A DNA stretch of 64,000 nucleotides, taken from Haliotis cracherodii. Its lineage: Eukaryota. Positions 21,952-34,200 of this stretch are shown here, in pieces. Made by a program: the position numbers and the translations under genes. The notes beneath the pieces were generated by a model that did no database searches, was not told the origin of the DNA, and worked only from the letters and a program-made list of their open reading frames with translations. Location of the stretch: contig NW_027266308.1 of assembly GCF_022045235.1 (NCBI RefSeq), positions 65,534,001-65,598,000 on the forward strand. The letters run 5' to 3'. How positions within the stretch are numbered: position 1 is the stretch's first letter; the number at the start of each line of letters is the position of its first letter.

Positions 21952-24865
21952 GTGTGTACAATGCACCTTCGTGAGGCGTGACATTCCTCCATAGGGTGTA
22001 CACCACAGCCCCGTGGGCGTGACGTATCTCTCTCCGTGGACTCCATACCTCCCATGAAGTATGACGTACCCTCCTCTCTGTGTACACCACAGCCCCGTGA
22101 GGCGTGAGGTACATTCCCCTGTGTGTACACCACAGCCCCGTGAGACGTGACGTATCTCTCTCCGTGTACTCCACACAGCCCCATGACGTGTGACGTACCC
22201 ACCCCTCTGTGTACACCACAGCCCCGTGAGGCGTGAGGTACATTCCCTGTGTGCATCACAGCCCCTTGAGACGTAACGTACCCTTCCCTGTGTGTACAAA
22301 ACAGCCCATGAGACGTGACGTAATTTCCTCTGTGTGAACACCACACACCCGTGAATCGTGACGTACCTTCAAAACTATGTACACCACAGTCTTTAGTGGT
22401 GACGCACCTTCCCCTGTGTGTACACCACAGTCCCGCGAGGTGAGACGTACCTTCTGAACTGAGGTACATTCCCTGTGTGTACACCACACAGCCCCTTGAG
22501 TCGTGACGTACATTCCCTGTGTGTACACCACACAGCCCCGTGAGGCGTGACGTACACCACAGCCCCTTGAGGCGTGACGTACACCACAGCCCCTTGAGGC
22601 GTGACGTACACCACAGCCCCGTGAGGCGTGACGTACATTCCCTGTGTGTACACCACAGCCCCGTGAGACGTGACGTACACCACAGCCCCTTGAGGCGTGA
22701 CGTACACCACAGCCCCTTGAGGCGTGACGTACACCACAGCCCCGTGAGGTGTGACGTACATTCCCTGTGTGTACACCACAGCCCCGTGAGGCGTGACGTA
22801 CACCACAGCCCCGTGAGGCGTGACGTACACCACAGCCCCGTGAGGCGTGACGTACACCACAGCCCCGTGAGGCGTGACGTACATTCCCCTGTGTGTACAC
22901 CACAGCCCCGTGTGGCGTGACGTACATTCCCCTGTATGTACACCACAGCCCCGTGTGGCGTGACGTACATTCCCTGTGTGTACACTACAGACCCGTGAGG
23001 CGTGAGGTACATTCCCCTGTGTGTACACCACAGCCCCGTGAGGCGTGACGTACATTCCCCTGTGTGTACACCACAGCCCCGTGTGGCGTGACGTACATTC
23101 CCCTGTGTGTACACCACAGCCCCGTGTGGCGTGACGTACATTCCCCTGTGTGTACACCACAGCCCCTTGAGGCATGACTTACATTCCCTGTGTGTACACC
23201 ACAGCCCCGTGTGGCGTGACGTACATTCCCCTGTGTGTACACCACAGCCCCGTGTGGCGTGACGTACATTCCCCTGTGTGTACACCACAGCCCCTTGAGG
23301 CATGACTTACATTCCCTGTGTGTACACCACAGCCCCGTGAGGCGTGACGTACATTCCCTTGTGTGTACACCACAGCCCCGTGAGGCGTGACGTACATTCC
23401 CTTGTGTGTACACCACAGCCCCGTGTGGCGTGACGTACATTCCCTGTGTGTACACCGCACAGCCCCGTGTGGCGTAACGTACATTCCCCTGTGTGTACAC
23501 CACAGCCCAGTGAGGCGTGACGTACTCTTCCATGTGTGCATCACAGCCCCTTGAGGCGTGACGTACCCTTCCCTGTATGTACACCACAGCCCCTTGAGGC
23601 GTGACGTACACCACAGCCCCGTGAGGCGTGACGTACATTCCCTGTGTGTACACCACAGCCCCGTGTGGCGTGACGTACATTCCCCTGTGTGTACACCACA
23701 GCCCCGTGTGGCGTGACGTACATTCCCTGTGTGTACACCACAGCCCCGTGAGGCGTGAGGTACATTCCCTTGTGTGTACACCACAGCCCCTTGAGGCATG
23801 ACTTACATTCCCCTGTATATACACCACAGCCCCGTGTGGCGTGACGTACATTCCCCTGTGTGTACACCACAGCCCCGTGAGGCGTGAGGTACATTCCCTG
23901 TGTGTACACCACAGCCCCGTGAGGCGTGACGTACATTCCCTTGTGTGTACACCACAGCCCCGTGTGGCGTGACGTACATTCCCCTGTGTGTACACCGCAC
24001 ATCCCCGTGTGGCGTGACGTACATTCCCTGTGTGTACACCGCACAGCCCCGTGTGGCGTGACGTACATTCCCCTGTGTGTACACCACAGCCCCGTGTGGC
24101 GTGACGTACATTCCCCTGTGTGTACACCACAGCCCCGTGAGGCGTGAGGTACATTCCCTTGTGTGTACACCACAGCCCCGTGAGGCGTGAGGTACATTCC
24201 CTTGTGTGTACACCACAGCCCCGTGAGGCGTGACGTACATTCCCCTGTGTGTACACCACAGCCCAGTGAGGCGTGACGTACATTCCCCTGTGTGTACACC
24301 ACAGCCCAGTGAGGCGTGACGTACTCTTCCATGTGTGCATCACAGTCCCCTTGAGGCGTGACGTACCCTTCCCTGTATGTACACCACAGCCCCGTGAGGC
24401 GTAACGTACCCTTCCCTGTGTGTACAAAACAGCCCATGAGACGTGACGTAATTTCCTCTGTGTGAACACCACACACCCGTGAATCGTGACGTACCTTCAA
24501 AACTATGTACACCACAGTCTTTAGTGGTGACGCACCTTCCCCTGTGTGTACACCACAGTCCCACGAGGTGAGACGTACCTTCTGAACTGTGTATACCACA
24601 TCCTCATGAGGTGTGACGTACGTTGCCATGTATGTCCACCACACCCCGCGAGGCGTGACGTACCCTCTACTATGTGAACACCCAGCACTACGAGGCATGA
24701 CTTACTCCCCCCCCCCCCCCCTCCCCACACACTCACACACACCCAAGAGGCGTGACGTACCTTCTAAACTGTGTATACCACATCCCCATGAGGCGTGACG
24801 TATCCTCCCCTGTGTGTATACCACATCCCCATGAGGCGTGACGTCCCCTCCCCTGTGTGCATACC
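21952..24865. repeat. 42/43-bp (and 27-bp subunit) minisatellite carrying GTGACGTAC
   Basis: Unit ACACCACAGCCCCGTGAGGCGTGACGTACATTCCCTGTGTGT; block ~22250-22460 recurs at ~24330-24590. Confidence 0.95.
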
Positions 24866-25632
24866 AGTCACCTACATGTAATTTTGGGCAGAGTGAAGGA
24901 TATACATTGAGGAGTGGGGACACATATTAGTGTTCTCCATTCATGGGGACTGAAACTCAGGCCGAAATAAACAGAGGGGCTAAAGAAAGTATATCGAGTT
25001 TGTTATTGAGGTAACTGAAAATCCGAACAGTTGTTACATTTGATCAGGCCTCTTAACCATTACTCTCTCCTGCTACAGCTTATAAAAACTAATCAGTGGC
25101 TGGGTAATTTTGAGTAAAAGTAATTTGGCTTAAGACTGGGGTACGAAATGAATCTGAAGCCACTTGACCCCTACCATGTTTAAAATGTTGGAAGTTTGGA
25201 ATGTTGTGTACTTTTCGCGATTTTCTTTTTGTTGTTTTCAAAGAAAGTTATAAAAGAAAATATATTTAAAAGAATAAAGTTGAAGGATTCTTTGAGTGCT
25301 GACCAAGCGCCAGTAGAGTTCATTTATTGAGATATGATACCGCTAACTTAAAATATTTTCAATTGAAAACATATGAGAAAATCAAGTGAGAGGTATTGAT
25401 TCTTTTGCCCATCAGTTCATCATGCAGACTTCGACCCTCCCCCCTTTTGCAGTAGCTGGGGAAGCTATTAAAACACTTTCACGTGCATGGATGACTAGAC
25501 ACTGCTATAAGACAAACACTAGAATGACTATTCAAATAATACAATTACAGGTTGAAAGTAAATTAAAAAATATATTTTTTCTTTAGTATGATTAGATCTG
25601 TGTTAATAGGTTACTTGCTCATAACTATAGCT

Positions 25633-25743
25633 TCGAATCCCGACATGGGTACAATGTGTGAAGCCCATTTCTGGTGCCCCCCGCCGTGATATTGCTGGAA
25701 TATTGCTAAAAGCGGCGTAAAACCAAACTCACTCACTCACTCA
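25633..25743 (+). mobile_element. SINE family A, 5'-truncated at the B box
   Basis: 15-bp TSD CTCATAACTATAGCT (25618-25632, 25744-25758). Confidence 0.9.
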
Positions 25744-26357
25744 CTCATAACTATAGCTCATAATTAAACATGTTAAATGTTGTTAGTACGACTTGGTAAT
25801 AAAATTATTTTACATGTTCGTATTTTCGGAAAGGTATTTCTGCTTGAAAATGTAGTATTAAAAAAAAAATCCAAATAAATTTATGTTCAAGCATATATTA
25901 TTAGATTTTATAAAGAATACATTTCTTATGTGTTACTGTTATATTTGTCAGCATCGCGTGTTACGTTTTTCAACGTGTGTGTATTATTTCATATATGTGA
26001 GAACAATCAGAGAGTAATGTCTAGACGAGTGTAAGTAGCTTGTCCCCAACCCCCATCAGCTGGCCGGTAGTCGGCTACTTTCTTGGACATGCGTACTGCA
26101 ACCTCCACGCTGGAGGTTTTTACATCATTCTTGCCTCGGGGGATAACGCACTCCGTGAACGAGGTTTGACGAGACTTCAAAACGTTGTTCCTACGTTTTC
26201 GTTAACTGTGTCACGAGTCAATGAAAGCGGTCAGGTCATGACCTATCTTCTCTTAAAAACTTCTCCTATCAATTATTATTTAAAGTAAATGTCCACATAC
26301 ATATTCAATTATAAGTTTCAGAATAAAACAGTGTCGTCAAACGAAAAATACTGCATT

Positions 26358-26660
26358 CCGGAAGCCGTGATTAAGCAAAATTGAAACTTTGGCCGTGACC
26401 GAGCGACCATTTTGGTTCGGGGGAATTCCCCAAATGAGCTAAATTTAGTAACAAATCTTGATGACTGCGACAAAATCGTGGTAGTGATTATCTCCCTTCT
26501 CGCTCGGTACGCGAACTACCGAGACAAGCCTGAACATGCCCTGCCTCGTACAAAGCCCAGCAATACAGTGTGTCGGCATTTGAAGTTGTGTCGCCGTTCA
26601 AGAAAGAAGTGAAAATCGCCGTTCGCTTGTTTTTAACCATATATACATTAAACAGGTAAT
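26358..26660 (+). promoter_or_regulatory. Candidate proximal promoter / non-coding first exon of gene 2
   Basis: ETS-like CCGGAAG 26358; palindromic kB site GGGGAATTCCCC 26420-26431; CpG-richer stretch; donor-like CAG|GTAAT at 26656. The gene 2 ATG exon starts at an acceptor, so an upstream exon must exist. Confidence 0.4.
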
Positions 26661-27614
26661 GTTGACATTAATCCATGTTTATGACATTAATCTGTACTGT
26701 TAATGCTGCACATCTAACTTGCTTAAATTACTTGACAGCTTTCGTGACGTTTGTTTGTCAACAACGGCTAGGCGAACATGTGATGTGCTGAGAGGATTTA
26801 AATCCCCGTGTCAATGGATGTCGGTATTTAACTAGCATATATGCAGCTTAATTGACACCTCATTGTGACACGGTATCAAACCAGTGCTGATTTCAGAGTT
26901 GTTAATGGTAAAATGTGTGATTTTGATTTCTATAAATAATTATGACTTATCGATTAACGCCACGTGCTTTTTAAATAGCACGGGCTACTTCCAGCGGGTT
27001 CTCAGATGAGTTTTAATTCCAGCAGTGTCTGTTCATTAAGTGTCTAGCGATGATCGATCCACGTGTTTCCGACTTGGAGACGAAAAAAATGTGGAAATGT
27101 CGGCGAAGTCGCCATGTTTGATTCACCAATGCTGCATAGCCGCTCGTGTTTATTTATAACTGAATAATTACAGCTAACACCCTACTGCCGTTATCAGATC
27201 GCCTTTGGTTTGCAATTGTTTTGGTTTTAGCAGTACGTTTAGCATCCTATTAAACTATCACCGAATTATTAAGTTTTGTTATTTTATCAAGCCTGTCTGA
27301 CTGTCAGTGATGTGCGTCTATTAATAAATGACAACTTGTTCTCTGCCTATTTGCTCGTTTAACATTTGTAATGTATTCTCATGTTTTAGACGATGCAGAT
27401 AATCATCTAGATAACACGCTTAAGTCATATATAAAAACATCTTCTTTAAAACAAAATCGGATTTTAAATAAAAAAACAGTTACTTTAAAAAAAACCGTAT
27501 CCTTCATATGCCAAAAATGCAACAATTCTCACGAATATGATTTGTTTTTAAGAATATCGCCCGAATGGCTACCCCCACGTTTCCCAATGTTTCACTTATG
27601 TTTTCCACAGCATC

Positions 27615-29338
27615 ATGCAAAAAGGGTTCTCTATACTGAAAGCCGAGGACGCGTGTGTAGACTTCGAGGGTCAAGGGATCATATCCCCCTTCGAAGAGGT
27701 TTCCGCGCCACCATTACCCCCCAAAATCGACGACAGACTCGCCAAAGCCACCCTGCAGGTCCTGGAGACTGGCCGCCTCACCCCCCTCATCAAGGAGGAG
27801 TTGAAGTGTAAGATACAAGCGCGACGACACAGTCTAGGGCAGGAGGAGTACAATGTGGAGTTTAAGAAACCCAAATCCTATTCGGTGAGTTTTTGATACA
27901 TTTTTATTTCATTATTCAATTTTTCGTTTGGAATGTGTCCAAGACTTGCGTTGGTGAAGTCACGTGGTGAGGCCAGGCTCCTGGGTTGTCTGGTCCTCTC
28001 ATAAATATTCATGACACTATTTTCAGACTTTCTCGGTGTGCATTAATGTATTTTATTTCATAAAACGGCATTTGTAGCCTTCTTCTTGATATCACATGAC
28101 TGATTACGTGGTTAAATGCCCAGTTTCATATAAATACAGAGCACAATGTACATTGAGATGAGACGTGATTTACTTTTTTTCTGCATGCATCATTGCATCA
28201 TATGACATTTGCTAATTTACAGCGTTTAAGGACGTGTTTGCTCTTTTATATATGTGCACCAGGATGCATGCATGCATCAGAGAACACACTGAAAAGTTAG
28301 TAAACTTTTCACAACAGTTTTGTGATCGCTCTTTGAATACATCATTACATTTAAACTGCAGGACAAAAGAAAGTATACAACAATGTTTGATGAAACAATT
28401 AAATAGTTAAGAAATTATTAATCGATGGACCTAAATCTTGCAGTGTTACGGCGACTGTTTCACTCAGTAACATGTTTTTACTCAGTAACATCTTGATAAC
28501 ATTTGCATATTTTGGTCAAATCCAATTTTAAAGGGTATGCTTTCTTTTGCCCAGTAGTTTATATTCATCACGATTCTGTCATTTCTTGTTTAATTAAAAT
28601 ATGCATTAATATATATAATTGGTATAATATATGAATATACCATAGTGAATGAAAAATGTAGACACTTGGAATTTAAGTCCTTGTTTTACTTGCATGCATG
28701 TATGTTTATATCCAATACTTTGTTTTGAATTGTGAAATGTGTTTGTAATAACTTCCTCGTCGTTCCTTATTGCGGTGCAATTAATGTTCTTACGATCTTG
28801 TTTGTTGATTGTTTTGTAATAACAACGCTAACATTGAAGGTACATACCCACATGGAAAGAATATTAGATTCAAAGTGGTGCATCCCTGGATGCAGCTTAC
28901 ACTTAGCACTAGGGTAGTCATGCCTCTCACTTCAACGATCCTATTGATGAAACGTGGATTTATCACTGCATGTATGCAAATAATGTACATTGCCGCCTTA
29001 ACCATCTTTGCTGGTGACTGACATTGATGTTTTTACTGCTTTGACAACAAAGTGCAAAACACGTGTTTTACTTTTTTATGTATATATTGCAACAGGCGCT
29101 TAATGAAATATAAATCACTAACAATAACGCAACATATCTAACCTAACACACACAAATCAAATAACATTATCTGTACAACAAGTAACCCTCATGTTTTAGG
29201 ATGTATTTTATATCGAGTAAATGCATAAAACAGTACTTTTTTCTTAAATACATTAACTATATCGTTATACAGAAACCATATACGGTATATGGACTCTCTG
29301 TTATAAAAAAACATCAGCCCTCCAACGTAATGTAAGCA

Positions 29339-29409
<71 letters not shown>

Positions 29410-29707
29410 GTCGAAGAAAAGTTAATCATTTTGCAGTTCCACAATTTCGCGTCACTATAAATACTGGGAGGGTTGAACTGTACAGTTCAGCAAAGTTCAG
29501 CACCACCAGAATATTGTCCAATTTCAGTATTTATATCTCAGGCCCGTGGAGACTGCATGCTCAGACCTCGCCATTCACTGGTCAAATCTACTTTTATACA
29601 GAGGATTTACTGCGAAACCGACTTTAGAATCATTATCATTTTATAAGCATATGTTTATATACAAATGTGTGATGGGTCAATGGGACTATACTCTTAACAA
29701 ACACACA

Positions 29708-29760
<53 letters not shown>

Positions 29761-31219
29761 AAGCGAACAAGAAAGTGAGCTAATTTTATATAATGGTACA
29801 CTTTTAAAATCCTATGATATGTCGTGTTTCCCATAACCATGCATGCATGTTTCGTTTCGTTGAGGAATAACGTATTGCATCACCTTGTTTCTTGCTTGTG
29901 CCGTTTGTCATTTTAAATTTAGTACTAAATTAAACGATATGAGAACAGACATGATGCAGATTTGTAAAAAAAATCGGTAGTTACGAATACGCGACAGTTG
30001 TGGATTTGATGTTGTCCGAATATAATTCGCCAATATGGCGGCGAGAGATTCTCAGCAGGAACAGCCCAGAAAGCCTGGGTCAGAAGCAGTCCATGGCGTG
30101 CATGTAGCCATGGGTACAGAAGGTTAAACTACTTGTTATATTTACATGAATTATTCATATTAATGGTAGTATTTAATTTCGTTTTAATTTAAAAAGGACA
30201 ACATGCAATTATAAGGTGTCACAGAATCTCTAAAGAATTCAAAATTTGTTTCAAAATCTAAACGAATCATGATTTTGGCACACGCCGGGAAGGTTCACGC
30301 AGACAGAAATAGATGGTTAACGTCCATTGAAAATATATTCGTGTATGTATATGATATCAGAATATGTTTCACGCGTACTGTTTGTATAGAAATTATACGA
30401 AACGAATATTTGTGTGATCCTTGGTAAACTGCATGTACCAAGTAGATGTCACTGTTTAATATTGATATAACTTATAAATGTGACATTGTAAGTTTGTCAA
30501 AGATGAAATGCTCATTGTCTTGATCTGATCCCTGATTCTTGTGTTTAGTGATGGACATCGCCCGCATTTCTTGCCCTCTGCAGGCATTGGTCCGACGGGT
30601 CACAAAGCCCCGCCCTGAACTTTTCTACAGGTCACATGACCCGCTATCTGTCGCTGTCTGTTGCCACTTGGTAATGAGCAAAAGCTTGGCTCCTGCACGA
30701 CAGCCACCATGGCCTGAATAAGACACGAGTCAAATTCGCGCAAGGCTGTACGAAATTACTTAGTGTCTGAAAATATATAATTTTGATAGAAACAAGCAGT
30801 TTCTTTTAAATTGTGTGGGATAGGAGATTCAGAACCAGTGGGAAATCTAGACTTGCTTCGTGTATAGTAAAAACATTACAGTAAGACCTGGGTTGGAGGG
30901 ACAATAATATGATTCAAGGTGACAGACAACGAAATGACACGGAACTGATGTCTGAGCAACAATCATCTAGGTATAGGATTTGATGTTGTTCGATCAAAAG
31001 TCGAAGGAAAGTTAATCATTTTGCAGTTCCACAATGTCGCGTCACTATAAATACTGGGAGGGTTGAACTGTACAGTTCAGCAAAGTTCAGCACCACCAGA
31101 ATATTGTCCAATTTCAGTATTTATATCTCAGACCCGTGAAACCGACTTTAGAATCCTTATCAAGCATTTGTTTATATGCAAATGGGTGATGATTCAATGG
31201 GTCAATGGGACTATACTCT

Positions 31220-31278
<59 letters not shown>

Positions 31279-34200
31279 CTCCTACTGGCCTGTATCTCCA
31301 ATTCATTTTTCAAAAACACAAATGTATTACACATTGTCTATTGCTAATCACCCATCAGCGCCAATCATCTGCTGGCTTCCTTTGTTAGCTTTTCCCCTTT
31401 GTTGTTTTCCAGCTTTTGTTATCTTATCAAGTTTGTTGTCCTTACATGTACATATATATGTTCTCTGCCTCATGGCATTCATTCACCTGATGAAGGATTA
31501 AGCATATACTCCGAAACGTTGTGTTCCTCATAATAAAGAAGTTGACAGCCATATATTCTCTTCCTCACAAATGTATTATTTTTCGGTGTTTTTTTAATGT
31601 CATTTGGATTCTTTTGTGATGTTCAAACTATTCTGTGTGTAATTCGTTTAATTATGATATAATTTGCCTATATACATGTTGTTGGTAGTTGTATTGTGTC
31701 TGATGTGACCTTACACGTGGTTGTAGTTGTATTGTGTCTGATGTGACCTTACACGTGGTTGTAGTTGTATTGTGTCTGATGTGACCTTACACGTGGTTGT
31801 AGTTGTATTGTGTCTGATGTGACCTTACACGTGGTTGGTAGTTGTATTGTGCCTGATGTGACCTTACACATGGTTGTAGTTGTATTGTGTCTGATGTGAC
31901 CTTACAAGTGGTTGGTAGTTGTATTGTGTCTGATGTGACCTAACACGTGGTTGTAGTTGTATTGTGTCTGATGTGACCTTACACGTGGTTGTAGTTGTAT
32001 TGTGTCTGATGTGACCTTACACGTGGTTGTAGTTGTATTGTGTCTGATGTGACCTTACACGTGGTTGTAGTTGTATTGTGTCTGATGTGACCTTACACAT
32101 GGTTGTAGTTGTATTGTGTCTGATGTGACCTTACACGTGGTTGGTAGTTGTATTGTGTCTGATGTGACCTTACACGTGGTTGGTAGTTGTATTGTGTCTG
32201 ATGTGACCTTACACGTGGTTGTAGTTGTATTGTGTCTGATGTGACCTTACACGTGGTTGGTTTATGTACTGTGTCTGATGTGACCTCACATGTGGTATGT
32301 AGTTGTATTGTGCCTGATGTGACCTTACAAGTGGTTGGTAGTTGTACTGTGTCTGATGTGACCGTACACGTGGTTGTAGTTGTATTGTGTCTGATGTGAC
32401 CTTACACGTGGTAGGTAGTTGCATTGTGTCTGATGTGACCTCAAACGTGGTAGGTTGTTGTATTGTGTCTGGTGTGACATTACATGTGGTAGGTAGTTAC
32501 ATTGTGTCTGATGTGACATTTCACTTGGTTGGTAGTTGCATTGTGCCTGATGTGACCTCACATGTGGTAGGTTGTTGTATTGTGTCTGGTGTGACATTAC
32601 ATGTGGTAGGTAGTTGTATTGTGTCTGATGTGACCTCACATGTGGTATGTTGTTGTATTGTGTCTGATGTGACCTTACACATGGTTGTAGTTGTATTGTG
32701 TCTGATGTGACCTTACACGTGGTTGGTAGTTGTATTGTGTCTGATGTGACCTTACACGTGGTTGGTAGTTGTATTGTGTCTGATGTGACCTTACACGTGG
32801 TTGTAGTTGTATTGTGTCTGATGTGACCTTACACGTGGTTGGTTTATGTACTGTGTCTGATGTGACCTCACATGTGGTATGTAGTTGTATTGTGCCTGAT
32901 GTGACCTTACAAGTGGTTGGTAGTTGTACTGTGTCTGATGTGACCGTACACGTGGTTGTAGTTGTATTGTGTCTGATGTGACCTTACACGTGGTAGGTAG
33001 TTGCATTGTGTCTGATGTGACCTCAAACGTGGTAGGTTGTTGTATTGTGTCTGGTGTGACATTACATGTGGTAGGTAGTTACATTGTGTCTGATGTGACA
33101 TTTCACTTGGTTGGTAGTTGCATTGTGCCTGATGTGACCTCACATGTGGTAGGTTGTTGTATTGTGTCTGGTGTGACATTACATGTGGTAGGTAGTTGTA
33201 TTGTGTCTGATGTGACCTCACATGTGGTATGTTGTTGTATTGTGTCTGATGTGACCTCACACGTGGTAGGTTGTTGTATTGTGTCTGATGTGACCTCACA
33301 CATGGTAGGTTGTTGTATTGTGTCTGATATGACCTCACACGTGGTAGGTAGTTGTATTGTGCCTGATGTGATCTTACAAGTGGTAGGTTGTTGTATTATG
33401 TCTGATGTGACCTCACATGTGGTATGTTGTTGTATTGTGTCTGGTGTGACCTTACACGTAGTAGGTAGTTGCATTGTGTCTGATGTGACCTTACACGTGG
33501 TAGGTTGTTGTATTGTGTCTGGTGTGACATTACATGTGGTAGGTAGTTACATTGTGACTGATGTGACATTTCACTTGGTTGGTAGTTGCATTGTGCCTGA
33601 TGTGACCTCACATGTGGTAGGTTGTTGTATTGTGTCTGGTGTGACATTACATGTGGTAGGTAGTTGCATTGTGTCTGATGTGACTTCATACGTGGTTGGT
33701 AGTTGCATTGTGTCTGATGTGACCTCTCACGTGGTTGGTAGTTGCATTGTGTCTGATGTGACCTGACATGTGGTTGGTAGTTGTATTGTGTCTGGTGTGA
33801 CCTCACACATGGTAGGTTGTTGTATTGTGTCTGATGTGACCTCACATGTGGTATGTTGTTGTATTGTGTCTGATGTGACCTCACACGTGTGAGGTTGTTG
33901 TATTGTGTCTGATGTGACCTCACACATGGTAGGTTGTTGTATTGTGTCTGATGTGATCTTACAAGTGGTAGGTTGTTGTATTGTGTCTGATGTGACCTGA
34001 CATGTGGTTGGTAGTTGTATTGTGTCTGGTGTGACCTCACACATGGTAAGTTGTTGTATTGTGTCTGATGTGACCTCACATGTGGTATGTTGTTGTATTG
34101 TGTCTGGTGTGACCTTACACGTGGTAGGTAGTTGCATTGTGTCTGATGTGACCTCACACGTGGTAGGTTGTTGTATTGTGTCTGATGTGACCTTACACGT

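Noticed and set aside
21902-24923. ORFs of up to 495 aa with Cys/His periodicity
   Set aside because: Satellite translations in all three minus frames; not zinc-finger or other real proteins.
27371-27811. 146-aa ORF overlapping gene 2 exon A
   Set aside because: Half is AT-rich intron and the rest is the off-frame shadow of the real exon.
30034-30125. Short ATGGCGGCG-initiated ORF with a donor-like end
   Set aside because: Too short, no homology evident; possibly a transposon fragment.
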